DNA of 64,000 nt. It comes from an uncultured Erysipelotrichaceae bacterium. Lineage in GTDB: Bacteria > Bacillota_I > Bacilli_A > RFN20 > CAG-826. The notes under the pieces were generated by a model that was given only the letters and a program-made list of their open reading frames with translations, made no database searches and had not been told where the DNA came from. Below, piece by piece: positions 1 through 9,329 of the stretch. Location of the stretch: contig CACXNV010000004.1 of the NCBI GenBank assembly GCA_902769185.1, positions 34,499 to 98,498 of the forward strand, given 5' to 3'. Position 1 is the stretch's first letter, and the number at the start of each line of letters is the position of its first letter. Made by a program: the position numbers and the translations under genes.

Positions 1-149
1 AAATCGTTTCTTTAATTCAGCAAAAAGAACTCTCTTTAGATGAAAGCCTTAAGCTCTACGAAGAAGGCAACAAAATAGTTAAACTTTTAAATGAAGAGCT
101 TAAAAAAGCTGAGGAAAAAGTCGAAAAGGTTATCGAAATTGAAAAATAA
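1..149 (+). CDS. xseB: Exodeoxyribonuclease VII small subunit, C-terminal part (the gene starts upstream of the window)
   Basis: In-frame translation ends ...ELSLDESLKLYEEGNKIVKLLNEELKKAEEKVEKVIEIEK* at a TAA stop (147-149). This resembles an XseB C-terminus. The gene lies directly upstream of dxs, as in the Bacillus xseB-(ispA)-dxs arrangement. Confidence 0.55.
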   Translation, partial: IVSLIQQKELSLDESLKLYEEGNKIVKLLNEELKKAEEKVEKVIEIEK

Positions 150-151
150 TT

Positions 152-2002
152 ATGTCTAAAGAAGTTAAACACGTTGACTTAAAAACTATTACAGGTCCTG
201 AGTTTCTCAATCAAATGAGTTATAAAGAACTTGATGTTTTAAGCACGGACATAAGAGATTATATCTTGGATATAACAAGTAAAAATGGTGGTCACTTATC
301 TGCGAATTTAGGGACAGTAGAAGCCACAATTGCCTTATGTCGAACTTTTGACTTTAAAAAAGATAAGATCATCTTTGATGTTGGACATCAATGTTATACA
401 TATAAGCTTTTAACTGGGCGTCAATTAGACACTTTAAGAAAGAAAGATGGCATCAGCGGATTCCAAAAAATGAATGAATCACCTTATGATCATTTTGAAG
501 CTGGCCACTCTTCAACTTCAATTAGCGCCGCTAGTGGAATGGCGATTGCCAGAGACTTAAAAGGTGAAAAATATGATGTTGTGGCTTTTATTGGTGATTC
601 TTCAATTCAAAATGGATTAGCTTTTGAAGGATTAAATAATTTAGCGCAATCAAATCACAAAGTGATTGTGGTATTAAACGATAACGGAATGTCTATATCT
701 CAGCCAGTTGGCGGTTTATCTAATGCCTTTAGAAAGATGTCTGGCTCATCCTTCTATATCAAAAGTAAAAATGCTTTCAGAAAAATCTTTTTCTTAACAA
801 GATTTGGAAAGTGGATGTGGGTGAAATTCACTAAAGTGAAAAACTGGACAAAACGTAAAGTTATTGGCTTTAACTTATTTGATACTATGGGACTAGATTA
901 TATTGGTCCAGTGGACGGCCACTATATTAGACACGTGGAAAAGGCATTAAAGCAAGCAAAGAAAACAGCTAGACCGGTTATTGTTCATATTAAAACCATT
1001 AAAGGTAGGGGTTATCAATACGCTGAAGACGATGTTGAAGGCTCATGGCATGGAGTAAGCAAGTTTGATGTTGCTACTGGAGAAATCAAAGCTAAAGACG
1101 CAGTTGTCTCTTGGAGTGAACAATATAAGTTCTTATTAAAGAACGAAATGACAAATAATAAAAATATTGTGACCATTGTTCCTGCTACAGAACATGGTTC
1201 TGATTTAGATTCTTTATTTAGTGAATTCCCAAATCGCACAATCGATGTTGGGATTGCTGAAGAACACGCTTTTACTTTAGCGGGTGGCTTAGCTAGTAGT
1301 GGAATTCATCCAGTGATCTCTATTTATTCTACGTTCTTACAAAGAAGCTATGATGAATTATCTCATGATGTCGCTAGAATGAATTTTGACTGCACAATTT
1401 TAATTGATCGTGCTGGATTAGTGGGAAATGATGGAGAAACTCACCAAGGAATTTATGATGAAGCATTCTTATATACAATCCCTAATGTTACTATCGCTAT
1501 GGCCAGTAGAAGTAACGAAGCTCTTTCATTAGTGAAAGAATCATTATGTAATCACGGACCATTTGCCATCAGGTATCCACGAGAATTCTTCTCAGTAAAT
1601 ACCGAAGGAGTAAAAAAGATTCCTTATGGTAGTTGGAAAGTAGAATTAGAAGGCAAGAGTAAAGACACTGCAATTATTTCAATTGGACCAGTAACTGTTG
1701 ATTTAAAAAAGAAAATCCAAGAATTGGATAAAGATGTCACCTTATTTAATGCAATCTACATTAGACCAATGGATGAAACTAAAGTCTTACAACTTCTTAA
1801 CTATAAAAAAGTCATTATTTATAATGCCTACGCTACTAAAGAAGGCTTTGCTAATGCATTAGAAAGTAGATTAATGTCTCTAGGCTATCAAGGAAAAGTT
1901 ATTGTTAAGACTGTTCCAACAGAATTTGTTAAACAAGCGACAATCGACGAACAAAGAGAATTATTCGGACTAAAAATCGATAATGTTATCGATTTAATTT
2001 AA
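152..2002 (+). CDS. dxs: 1-deoxy-D-xylulose-5-phosphate synthase
   Basis: 616-aa ORF. The N-terminus carries the GGHL.xxLG..E thiamine-diphosphate motif and a DVGHQ.Y.HKLLTGR block. The middle region has the GDSS..NG.A.EGLN transketolase-like motif. Confidence 0.9.
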   Translation: MSKEVKHVDLKTITGPEFLNQMSYKELDVLSTDIRDYILDITSKNGGHLSANLGTVEATIALCRTFDFKKDKIIFDVGHQCYTYKLLTGRQLDTLRKKDGISGFQKMNESPYDHFEAGHSSTSISAASGMAIARDLKGEKYDVVAFIGDSSIQNGLAFEGLNNLAQSNHKVIVVLNDNGMSISQPVGGLSNAFRKMSGSSFYIKSKNAFRKIFFLTRFGKWMWVKFTKVKNWTKRKVIGFNLFDTMGLDYIGPVDGHYIRHVEKALKQAKKTARPVIVHIKTIKGRGYQYAEDDVEGSWHGVSKFDVATGEIKAKDAVVSWSEQYKFLLKNEMTNNKNIVTIVPATEHGSDLDSLFSEFPNRTIDVGIAEEHAFTLAGGLASSGIHPVISIYSTFLQRSYDELSHDVARMNFDCTILIDRAGLVGNDGETHQGIYDEAFLYTIPNVTIAMASRSNEALSLVKESLCNHGPFAIRYPREFFSVNTEGVKKIPYGSWKVELEGKSKDTAIISIGPVTVDLKKKIQELDKDVTLFNAIYIRPMDETKVLQLLNYKKVIIYNAYATKEGFANALESRLMSLGYQGKVIVKTVPTEFVKQATIDEQRELFGLKIDNVIDLI

Positions 2003-2044
2003 CTTTTTGTTAACATAATATATTAATGCATTTATAATGAAAAT

Positions 2045-3229
2045 ATGGCGAAAGTAATTGTCCATATTGACTTAAATGCTTTTTTTGTTAGAGCAGAAGA
2101 AATTAGAGATCCGTCTTTAGAAAATAAACCAGTAGCGATAGGCCACTTAGGTAGAGGCGGTGTTGTTTCAACTTGCTCATATGAAGCAAGAAAATATGGC
2201 GTTAGCAGTGCGATGCCAATGAACAAAGCTGTTAAGCTATGTCCTAATTTATTGATTGTTCCACCTGATTATCGTTTTTATATCACTTTATCGCATCAAT
2301 TCAAAAACTATATTAGAAGTATTACTCCAAAAGTTGAATCTGCCTCTATTGATGAGTTATTTGCAGACTTTACTGATGCTGTTAAAGGAAAGAAAAATGT
2401 CACTGAATACTTCAAATCAATTCAACTAGATTTATTCAACAAAACTGGGCTTAAATGCTCGATTGGAGTTGGTCCAAGTAAATTTTTAGCGAAAATGGGA
2501 AGTGATTATAAAAAGCCAATGGGAGTCACAATTATTAGAAGAAAAGATATTAAAAATATCTTATACCCTCTTCCAATTAAAGATATGTTTGGTGTAGGAA
2601 AGAAAACAGCGCCTAGATTAGAACATATTGGAGTAAAAACAATTGGCGATCTTGCTAATAGACTAAATAACGATGACGAAGCAACATTAAAAATATTAGG
2701 AAAATTTGCTGATGAATTAAAATTATGGCTCAATGGTTATGGATCAGATGAGATTATCACCGAATACGAAAATCCAAAATCAGTAGGTAATTCCACAACT
2801 TTAAAAAACGACACTAATCAATTTGAAATTATTAAACAAACTTTTATGATGCTTGCCGAAGAAGTGTCAATGCGCGCTAAAAAAGATTCAATGGTCGGAA
2901 ATACTATTCAAATTATGGCAAGAGACACAAATTATCAGGCACGTAATAAATCGATGACTCTAGAAAAATTAACTAACGACAGCAAAGACATTCTTAATGC
3001 CGCTTTAAAACTATATGAACGTAATTTTCTAGATTTAACCGTTAGAGCAGTTGGAGTTACTCTTCAAAACCTTGTCAGTATTAAAGATTCTTCCATTCAA
3101 ATGACCTTATTTGACTACGAGAGACACGAAGAAGAGAATCGCACTAAATTAATCATCAATGATTTAAATCGTCGCTATAAAGGCGCAAATTTAAAAAGAG
3201 CGAGTGAAGTAAAAAATGGAAATAAATGA
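2045..3229 (+). CDS. dinB: DNA polymerase IV (Y-family)
   Basis: 394 aa. The N-terminus reads IVHIDLNAFFVRAEEIRDP...PVAIG..GRGGVVSTCSYEARKYGVSSAMP, typical of the DinB/UmuC family. Confidence 0.85.
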   Translation: MAKVIVHIDLNAFFVRAEEIRDPSLENKPVAIGHLGRGGVVSTCSYEARKYGVSSAMPMNKAVKLCPNLLIVPPDYRFYITLSHQFKNYIRSITPKVESASIDELFADFTDAVKGKKNVTEYFKSIQLDLFNKTGLKCSIGVGPSKFLAKMGSDYKKPMGVTIIRRKDIKNILYPLPIKDMFGVGKKTAPRLEHIGVKTIGDLANRLNNDDEATLKILGKFADELKLWLNGYGSDEIITEYENPKSVGNSTTLKNDTNQFEIIKQTFMMLAEEVSMRAKKDSMVGNTIQIMARDTNYQARNKSMTLEKLTNDSKDILNAALKLYERNFLDLTVRAVGVTLQNLVSIKDSSIQMTLFDYERHEEENRTKLIINDLNRRYKGANLKRASEVKNGNK

Positions 3230-4097
3230 CGCTGCTAATCTATTCGCCCAATATCTACTAGTGGAAAAGGGTTTATCAAAAAAGACTGTTGATGCTTATT
3301 TAACAGATTTAAAGTTGTTTTTTAAATACTTTAAGGACAAGAAAGACACCGAAGACTTAAATCCTTATGACATCAATTCTTTTATGCTTTATGGAGCAAG
3401 TCTTGGTAGAAAACCATCAACCACATTAAGAAGAGCGGCTTCTATCAAACATTTTTATCTCTTTCTAAAGAAAGATGGATACTATAACGATGAGATTCCT
3501 GAAATAGAAGGTCCAAAAAAGGAAAAGATTCTTCCAACTTATTTATCGGTTGAGGAAGTAGAGAGGTTACTTGATGCTCCAAACATGAAATCTCCTAGTG
3601 GAATAAGAGACAAGGCAATGCTGGAATTAATGTATGCTAGTGGGCTACGTGTTTCGGAATTATTAGAGTTAGAAAAAGCCAATATTAATCTTAAAAAGGG
3701 AATCGTGATTGTTTTTGGTAAAGGCGCCAAAGAAAGAAAAGTACCGATGGGAGACTTTGCTTTAGAATATGTTGTTAAATACATTAATCAAGTTAGAGGA
3801 AAATTCCACGGGGCAGATTCTAAATACCTTTTCTTAAATAAGAAAGGCAAACCGCTAAGCAGAGTCTATTTCTTTAAGCAAATCAGAAAATACGCCTCTG
3901 AAGTCGGTATTGAAAAAGAAATATCTCCTCATACTTTAAGACACTGCTTTGCCACTCACTTATTAGAAGGCGGAGCACAGCTAAGAACAGTACAAGAAAT
4001 GTTAGGGCACGCTAATATCGCTACTACACAAATTTATACACATGTTTCTAAGGATAGAATTATTAGTGCATATGATTTGTTTATTAACAAAAAATAA
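3216..4097 (+). CDS. Tyrosine site-specific recombinase, XerC/XerD family
   Basis: 293 aa. The C-terminal catalytic region reads HTLRHCFATHLLEGGAQLRTVQEMLGHANIATTQIYTHV, giving the R..H..R..Y signature. It overlaps the end of dinB by 14 nt. Confidence 0.8.
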   Translation: MEINDAANLFAQYLLVEKGLSKKTVDAYLTDLKLFFKYFKDKKDTEDLNPYDINSFMLYGASLGRKPSTTLRRAASIKHFYLFLKKDGYYNDEIPEIEGPKKEKILPTYLSVEEVERLLDAPNMKSPSGIRDKAMLELMYASGLRVSELLELEKANINLKKGIVIVFGKGAKERKVPMGDFALEYVVKYINQVRGKFHGADSKYLFLNKKGKPLSRVYFFKQIRKYASEVGIEKEISPHTLRHCFATHLLEGGAQLRTVQEMLGHANIATTQIYTHVSKDRIISAYDLFINKK

Positions 4098-4125
4098 TAT
4101 ATTATAGTCTCGAGGTAAGAAATAT

Positions 4126-5343
4126 ATGTCATATCCTTATAAAAGAATTTTTGTAATCGTCGCTGATTCAGCTGGCGTCGGTTATGAACCTGATGCTGAT
4201 AAATTTTTCAATGCCGGACATAGTGATTGGGGTAGTAATACCTTTGCTCATATTTCTGAAAAGATGCCTAATGGATTACATATTCCAAATATGGAGGCTA
4301 TGGGTATTGCAGATTTAACAAATGTTAAAGGAACTAAAAAAGTATCTCATCCCCATGCATTTGCGGCTCGTAGTAGAGAAGTATCTAACGGTAAAGACAC
4401 TATGACAGGACACTGGGAAATGATGGGTATCTATACTAAAGTTCCATTTAAGACTTTTACAGATACTGGCTTCCCAAAAGAATTAATTGATGAATTAGAA
4501 AAGAAAACCGGACATAAAGTGATTGGTAACTGCGCTGCTAGTGGTACAGAAATCATTAAGCAATTAGGTGAAGAACAAATAAGAGATAATTCTCTCATTG
4601 TCTATACATCTAGTGACTCAGTCCTTCAAATCGCTGCAAGCGAAGAAGTAACTGGTTTAGAAGAACTTTATAGATGTTGTGAAATAGCTAGAGAAATCTG
4701 CATGAAACCAGAATGGATGGTGGGAAGAGTTATTGCCCGTCCATATGTTGGCAAAACCCCAGAAACATTTAAAAGAACATCTAATAGACATGATTTAGCC
4801 TTAAGACCAACATTACCAACGGTAATGAATGTCATGCAAGAGCATGGATTCATGACTAGCTGTGTTGGTAAAATCGGTGATATCTTTGACGGATATGGAG
4901 TTGGTAAAACTCAAAAAACAGTATCTAATGAAGACGGGATGGATAAAACCATTAATGAATTATTACATCATGATTTTACCGGAATGTGTTTTGTTAACTT
5001 AGTAGAATTTGATAGTGAATACGGTCATAGAAGAGATCCAATTGGCTATGGTGAGGCTTTAGAAAGATTTGATAAAAGAGTTGGTGAGTTCGTTTCCAAG
5101 ATGAGAGACGATGATTTATTAATCATCACCGCAGACCATGGTAACGATCCAACTTGGCCAGGAACTGATCACACTAGAGAAAAGATTCCTCTACTTATGT
5201 ATTCTCCAAGTATTAAAAATGGAAAATATTTAGAAGAAAGAGAATGCTTTGGCGATATCGGCGCGACAATCTTAGAAAACTTCAAACTTAAAATGCCTTC
5301 CAACTTAGTTGGTAAGCCAATGGTGGAAGTTCTTAAAAAATAA
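4126..5343 (+). CDS. deoB: Phosphopentomutase
   Basis: 405 aa. The N-terminus reads KRIFVIVADSAGVGYEPDA and the C-terminal region reads ITADHGNDPT, an alkaline-phosphatase-like metalloenzyme signature of DeoB. Confidence 0.85.
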   Translation: MSYPYKRIFVIVADSAGVGYEPDADKFFNAGHSDWGSNTFAHISEKMPNGLHIPNMEAMGIADLTNVKGTKKVSHPHAFAARSREVSNGKDTMTGHWEMMGIYTKVPFKTFTDTGFPKELIDELEKKTGHKVIGNCAASGTEIIKQLGEEQIRDNSLIVYTSSDSVLQIAASEEVTGLEELYRCCEIAREICMKPEWMVGRVIARPYVGKTPETFKRTSNRHDLALRPTLPTVMNVMQEHGFMTSCVGKIGDIFDGYGVGKTQKTVSNEDGMDKTINELLHHDFTGMCFVNLVEFDSEYGHRRDPIGYGEALERFDKRVGEFVSKMRDDDLLIITADHGNDPTWPGTDHTREKIPLLMYSPSIKNGKYLEERECFGDIGATILENFKLKMPSNLVGKPMVEVLKK

Positions 5344-5355
5344 CAATAAAAAAAC

Positions 5356-5390
5356 AATCCAGATGATTAATTCTCGTCTGGGTTTTTTAT
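5356..5390. terminator. Bidirectional intrinsic terminator between convergent deoB and the ABC permease gene
   Basis: Hairpin aatccaga(5359-5363)...tctgg(5377-5381) is followed by a T-run on the plus strand and preceded by an A-run. The permease stop codon lies inside the loop. Confidence 0.5.
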
Positions 5391-6146
5391 ATGCAAGGTG
5401 CGTTTTAAAATAAATACTAGAAGCGAAACAATAAGCATTATCAATATGGCGATAAAAGCGTAAGCAAAAGTGGAGATCAGACCATCTGTTTGATTAGCAA
5501 ACTCAACCGCGATCGCTCTTCCTAAACCATATGATTGGCTAGTAGAAGTCAAAGTCTCCGCCATAATCTCTATCTTAAAAGATAGAGCAAAGCTGGTTGT
5601 TAGACCAACTGCGATGTATGGCATGCTTAACGGTAATTTAATTCTAAAGTTCTTTTGAAGGTAGCTATTGCCATCTAATCTCATCGCCATTAAAACTTGT
5701 TTATCAATATGTTGATATCCACTCACTGTGGCTTCATAAACCATAGGAAAGACAATTACTCCTACAACATAAGGAGAAGCGTTATCAAAACCTGCTAAAT
5801 GTAGCAACAAGAAGACAATCGCTGCTGTTGGGATACTTCTTAACGCAATCATTGTGGGATTAAAAACGTGTTTTAGTTTTAAGTGATTGCCAACAATCAT
5901 ACCGATTATAATCGCGATTAAAGAGGCAATAGAAAAGCCTATTAACATGCGATATAACGATCCCCAAATACATTTATATAAGTAAGAATCGCCAAATAAT
6001 TCAAACGATCTTTTAATTGTGGATAATGGACCAGGAAAAACATAAATGTTTTGTCCAGCGATAATATAAATCAAATACCACAGCAAAAAGAATAAAATTA
6101 TGCCTAGGCCGGTTAAAGTATAACGATTAGTAATATACTTTTTCAT
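5367..6146 (-). CDS. ABC transporter permease, TauC/SsuC/ThiX-like (BPD_transp_1)
   Basis: 259 aa with about 6 predicted transmembrane helices. A conserved EAA-like loop reads AMRLDGNSYLQKNFRIKLPLSMPY. It overlaps the upstream substrate-binding protein gene by 20 nt. Confidence 0.75.
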   Translation of the reverse strand: MKKYITNRYTLTGLGIILFFLLWYLIYIIAGQNIYVFPGPLSTIKRSFELFGDSYLYKCIWGSLYRMLIGFSIASLIAIIIGMIVGNHLKLKHVFNPTMIALRSIPTAAIVFLLLHLAGFDNASPYVVGVIVFPMVYEATVSGYQHIDKQVLMAMRLDGNSYLQKNFRIKLPLSMPYIAVGLTTSFALSFKIEIMAETLTSTSQSYGLGRAIAVEFANQTDGLISTFAYAFIAILIMLIVSLLVFILKRTLHIKNPDEN

Positions 6147-7062
6147 CTAACTCCAATCCTGATTTCATGATGTCATTAATGAAATAGTTAATTTCATCTT
6201 TGGCATCTTTCGCTCTTTGATAACCTAAACCAAGGCCGTTTCTATCACTCATCGCATCATAAACAGCACTAGCAGCGACACCAAACATATTCTTTTGTTC
6301 GGATTCTCCACCGAATAAATTAAAAGTCGAAACAATATTATTTGGATCGCTAACAGCAGAAGTCATATCTTGTTCTAATAACGATAAGAAATTATCAGCT
6401 TTTTCTTTGCTTAAGTTTTTATTAATAAAAACTGCCGCTTGAATAATTCTTTTTCCATCTGTTTTTTCAGCAAAAGCATCAGAAGCTTTTTCAACAACTT
6501 GAGATGTCTTTTTTAAGTTGCTAATTAAAGGGTAAGCAGAGAAAACATAATCAAGTTCAATGGTCTCCGAGCCAATAGTGATTGAACCTGTATTTAATGG
6601 TCCTGCAGTAGCCGAAACGTCCGCCACATCATAGACATTTAATCCTAAATCACCGTATAAATATTCAAATACAGAGCCAGGGATATCCTCTTTTTGGAAT
6701 ATTAAGACATTATCGCCAGTGTCTAATGTATTATTATCATCTTTTCCAGTGGACACTAAAGCAAAGTTACCAAAGGTAACGACCGCAGCCATTTGATAAT
6801 TAGCGTTAGCCTTAACAATTTTTGTTAATCCACCTTTAGCAGGAGCAACAATAATGTCAAAATTATCTTTTCCAAATTCCGGAAGTAATTCAGCGGCGGG
6901 TTTTAAAACAGTGTGGAGCCCATTAACAAAGTTATACATAGATACCGCAGGTGCTCCTGTAGGAGAAATAATTCTTAAATCAGTTTGTCTTAAAGAAGGA
7001 TTGGTACCTCCGCAGCTAGCTACTAGAGCAATTGTTGGAATTAATAGTGTAAGTTTTTTCAT
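6127..7062 (-). CDS. ABC transporter substrate-binding lipoprotein
   Basis: 311 aa. The lipoprotein signal peptide MKKLTLLIPTIALVASCGG contains a lipobox. The gene lies in an operon with the permease; no ATPase gene is adjacent. Confidence 0.6.
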   Translation of the reverse strand: MKKLTLLIPTIALVASCGGTNPSLRQTDLRIISPTGAPAVSMYNFVNGLHTVLKPAAELLPEFGKDNFDIIVAPAKGGLTKIVKANANYQMAAVVTFGNFALVSTGKDDNNTLDTGDNVLIFQKEDIPGSVFEYLYGDLGLNVYDVADVSATAGPLNTGSITIGSETIELDYVFSAYPLISNLKKTSQVVEKASDAFAEKTDGKRIIQAAVFINKNLSKEKADNFLSLLEQDMTSAVSDPNNIVSTFNLFGGESEQKNMFGVAASAVYDAMSDRNGLGLGYQRAKDAKDEINYFINDIMKSGLELDEKVYY

Positions 7063-7109
7063 AGTTTAATACCTCGATTGTTATTTTATATAAATATAGA
7101 TATAATAAA

Positions 7110-7124
7110 TGTGATTTGAATCAC
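7110..7124. promoter_or_regulatory. Crp-family operator (TGTGA-N6-TCAC)
   Basis: tgtgatttgaatcac matches the CRP consensus half-sites. It sits 4 nt before the Crp-like ORF and about 50 nt upstream of the divergent substrate-binding-protein gene. Confidence 0.5.
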
Positions 7125-7128
7125 GAAA

Positions 7129-7712
7129 ATGAATAATCTAATTAATTTATTAACTAAATATCCTCAATACCTAGAGAAAAGATTATACAAGCCGCAAGAG
7201 ACCATTTTCTTAGAAAATGATACATGCATTTCCGTTGGTATTGTTAAAAGCGGAGAAATAAGCATTAAATCATATTTTGCAAGCGGAAAAGAAGTCACAT
7301 ATAACGTTTAGAAGAAGGTCAGATGTTTGGCAACAATCTCGTTTTTTCTTCAACACCAAGATATAGAGGAGATGTTATTTCTCAGAAGCAATCAGAAATA
7401 TGGTTTATAAGTAGAGGAAATCTTTTGAAATTGTTAAAACAAGACGATGAATTATTAGTTTTGCATTTGACTCAACAATCAGATTTTTCAAAAAACCTGA
7501 ATTTTAAGATCAAATTATTAACAATTAGTGGAGCAGAAGACAGATTGACATATTATCTTACATTTAATAAAGGAAAAATAACATATAAATCAATTACAAA
7601 GCTGGCAAATGAGTTATATTTAACGCGTGAATCTTTAAGTAGAACAATAACAAAAATGGTAAAAGAAAAGAAAATCACGCAAATAAACAAAACATTAAAA
7701 TTAGTGGTGTAA
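7129..7712 (+). pseudogene. Crp/Fnr-family transcriptional regulator disrupted by a frameshift and stop at about 7305-7322
   Basis: ORF 7129-7311 (cNMP-binding N-terminus ending ...GKEVTYNV*) and ORF 7323-7712 (the rest of the cNMP domain plus an HTH, ...RESLSRTITKMVKEKKI) lie in different frames. Joining them in the second frame gives ...LEEGQMFGNN, matching the Crp LxEGDxFGE block. Confidence 0.6.
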
Positions 7713-7718
7713 TATTAT

Positions 7719-7737
7719 AATTAGTAGATAATTAGTA
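7719..7737 (+). repeat. 19-bp box aattagtagataattagta (copy 1)
   Basis: Identical to 16580-16598. Both copies sit immediately after a plus-strand stop codon and before an intrinsic terminator. Confidence 0.6.
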
Positions 7738-7742
7738 GGTGG

Positions 7743-7773
7743 ATAATTCACAGAAATGTGGATTATTTTTATT
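7743..7773 (+). terminator. Intrinsic terminator downstream of the Crp-like gene
   Basis: 10-bp stem ataattcaca/tgtggattat (one G-U pair) with a GAAA loop, followed by tttttatt. Confidence 0.6.
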
Positions 7774-7944
7774 AAAGATAGTCAGAAATATAGAATAAAT
7801 CTACAAATATAGAAAAATGTTTATTTAGATTTAATCATACTTTTTTATTATATTAGTTAACATAATGTCTATTATGCGAAGTAGTCAATAATAAGAAAAA
7901 ATCCACCATAACAGCGGATCATTATAAATTTTGTTATATTCTTA

Positions 7945-9030
7945 TTATTTTAAATATTGATTAAGACAAGCCATCTGCAAATCGTTTCTATAATCAATGC
8001 CATGTCTTTCATAATATTCGATATTTGAATGCAAGACATCAACGAAACCATTATTTAAACTACTTTTAAGTGAATTTATTAGATTTTCAGACTTAAATCC
8101 TCTTGTTGGCTCTATTTTATCTGCGCAATGTACAATAATTGCAACATCAGACATATTAGAATTTGCTGTTGTGTGATACTTAATTGCATCTAAAATTATT
8201 TGATCTGTGATTCCAAAGTCTTTTTCTGCAAGATATGCGCCAATAAATTGATGATAAATGATTGGCGGATAATCAATGTATTCTTTGTAATATAATTTCA
8301 TTATCTTCTTTTGTTCGCTAATTGGCATTTCTTTTCCAATATCATGTAATAAGGCCGCTATAAGTGTTTTCTTTGCGTCCACAAGATTATTTGCTAAAGC
8401 TATCTCATATGAAAGTTTTGCTGTACTAATTGTGTGGTCTAATCTTTTTTCACTCATGTAAGAAGCTATCTTTTTCATGAAATATAAGCGATTATTGATT
8501 ATAAAATCAATAACTAAATCAGGAGTGTCTAAGGACTTTAATTCTCTAATCTCGGTTGAAGATTCGTCGTTTAATAATCCGCTAATCTCCACCATTTCAT
8601 ATTCTCTGACGTTATTTGAATCCACCACCATTTCTGGGCGCTTAAAATAAACAATTCTAGCTAATTTTGATAGTTCTTTAGCGTCTTTCCACTTATGGAA
8701 ACTATTAACGTGATCGGTGCCAATTAAATAGAATAGGTTGCTATCAGGATATTCTTTTCTAAAATGCTTAACAGTGTTTATTGAATAGTTAATTGATTCT
8801 TTAGAATCAGCTTCGAATCTAGATAAATGAAACCTAGGATTATCTTTAATCGCAAGTTCCACCATCTTAATTTTATCTTCAATTGGTGCAGATTCTTTTT
8901 TCCAAACAGAAATCTTTGCCGGAATAAAGAAAATATCGGCATCTAACTGGTTTGATGCTTGATTGGCCATATTTATATGCCCATTATGAATTGGATCAAA
9001 TGCACCACCAAAGAGGACGATATTTTTCAT
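7945..9030 (-). CDS. nadD: Fused nicotinate-nucleotide adenylyltransferase (NadD) and HD-domain Ap4A hydrolase (YqeK)
   Basis: 361 aa. The N-terminal half has GGAFDPIHNGH and SSTEIR motifs (NadD). The C-terminal half has HTISTAKLSYEIA...LLHDIGK (the HD domain of YqeK). These are separate adjacent genes, yqeJ and yqeK, in B. subtilis. Confidence 0.8.
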   Translation of the reverse strand: MKNIVLFGGAFDPIHNGHINMANQASNQLDADIFFIPAKISVWKKESAPIEDKIKMVELAIKDNPRFHLSRFEADSKESINYSINTVKHFRKEYPDSNLFYLIGTDHVNSFHKWKDAKELSKLARIVYFKRPEMVVDSNNVREYEMVEISGLLNDESSTEIRELKSLDTPDLVIDFIINNRLYFMKKIASYMSEKRLDHTISTAKLSYEIALANNLVDAKKTLIAALLHDIGKEMPISEQKKIMKLYYKEYIDYPPIIYHQFIGAYLAEKDFGITDQIILDAIKYHTTANSNMSDVAIIVHCADKIEPTRGFKSENLINSLKSSLNNGFVDVLHSNIEYYERHGIDYRNDLQMACLNQYLK

Positions 9031-9031
9031 T

Positions 9032-9325
9032 TTATTTGCAAAGTTTGATTTTTGGATTTTCTTTATTTTTGCGATATAACACTATTACTCTTCCAACAAC
9101 TTGAACAACTTCAGCATGTAACTTGCTTGATAAATCAAGAGTTAATTCCATAATTGGAGTAGTCGCAGATTTTAAAACTTCAACCTTAATGAGTTCTCTA
9201 GCAGTCAAAGCTTTATCTAACATATCTAAAAGAGCGTTTGTGACCTCGCTTTTTCCAATTTGATATTTTGTCTTATCTTGAACAATTAAAGTCTTTAATT
9301 GCTTCTTTTGATTTTGAGTTAACAT
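9032..9325 (-). CDS. yhbY: RNA-binding protein YhbY/YqeI (CRM domain)
   Basis: 97 aa. The sequence is close to B. subtilis YqeI: MLT..QK..L......IGK..V.......EALEARELIKV.VL.....VVQ.IG...VLY. Confidence 0.8.
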   Translation of the reverse strand: MLTQNQKKQLKTLIVQDKTKYQIGKSEVTNALLDMLDKALTARELIKVEVLKSATTPIMELTLDLSSKLHAEVVQVVGRVIVLYRKNKENPKIKLCK

Positions 9326-9329
9326 TTAC

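Noticed and set aside
1015-1239. Many 60-110-aa ORFs on the strand opposite to long genes (for example 1015-1239, 2506-2733, 14472-14654, 26289-26621, 58131-58703)
   Set aside because: They lie entirely inside well-supported genes on the other strand, have low-complexity S/L/F-rich translations typical of shadow frames in AT-rich DNA, and have no RBS.
7713-7944. AT-rich 230-bp spacer screened for tRNA or small RNA
   Set aside because: No cloverleaf-compatible segments or conserved RNA motifs were found. It contains only the terminator and promoter-like AT tracts. The intergenic regions 11002-11155, 16567-16796 and 62482-62603 were also negative.
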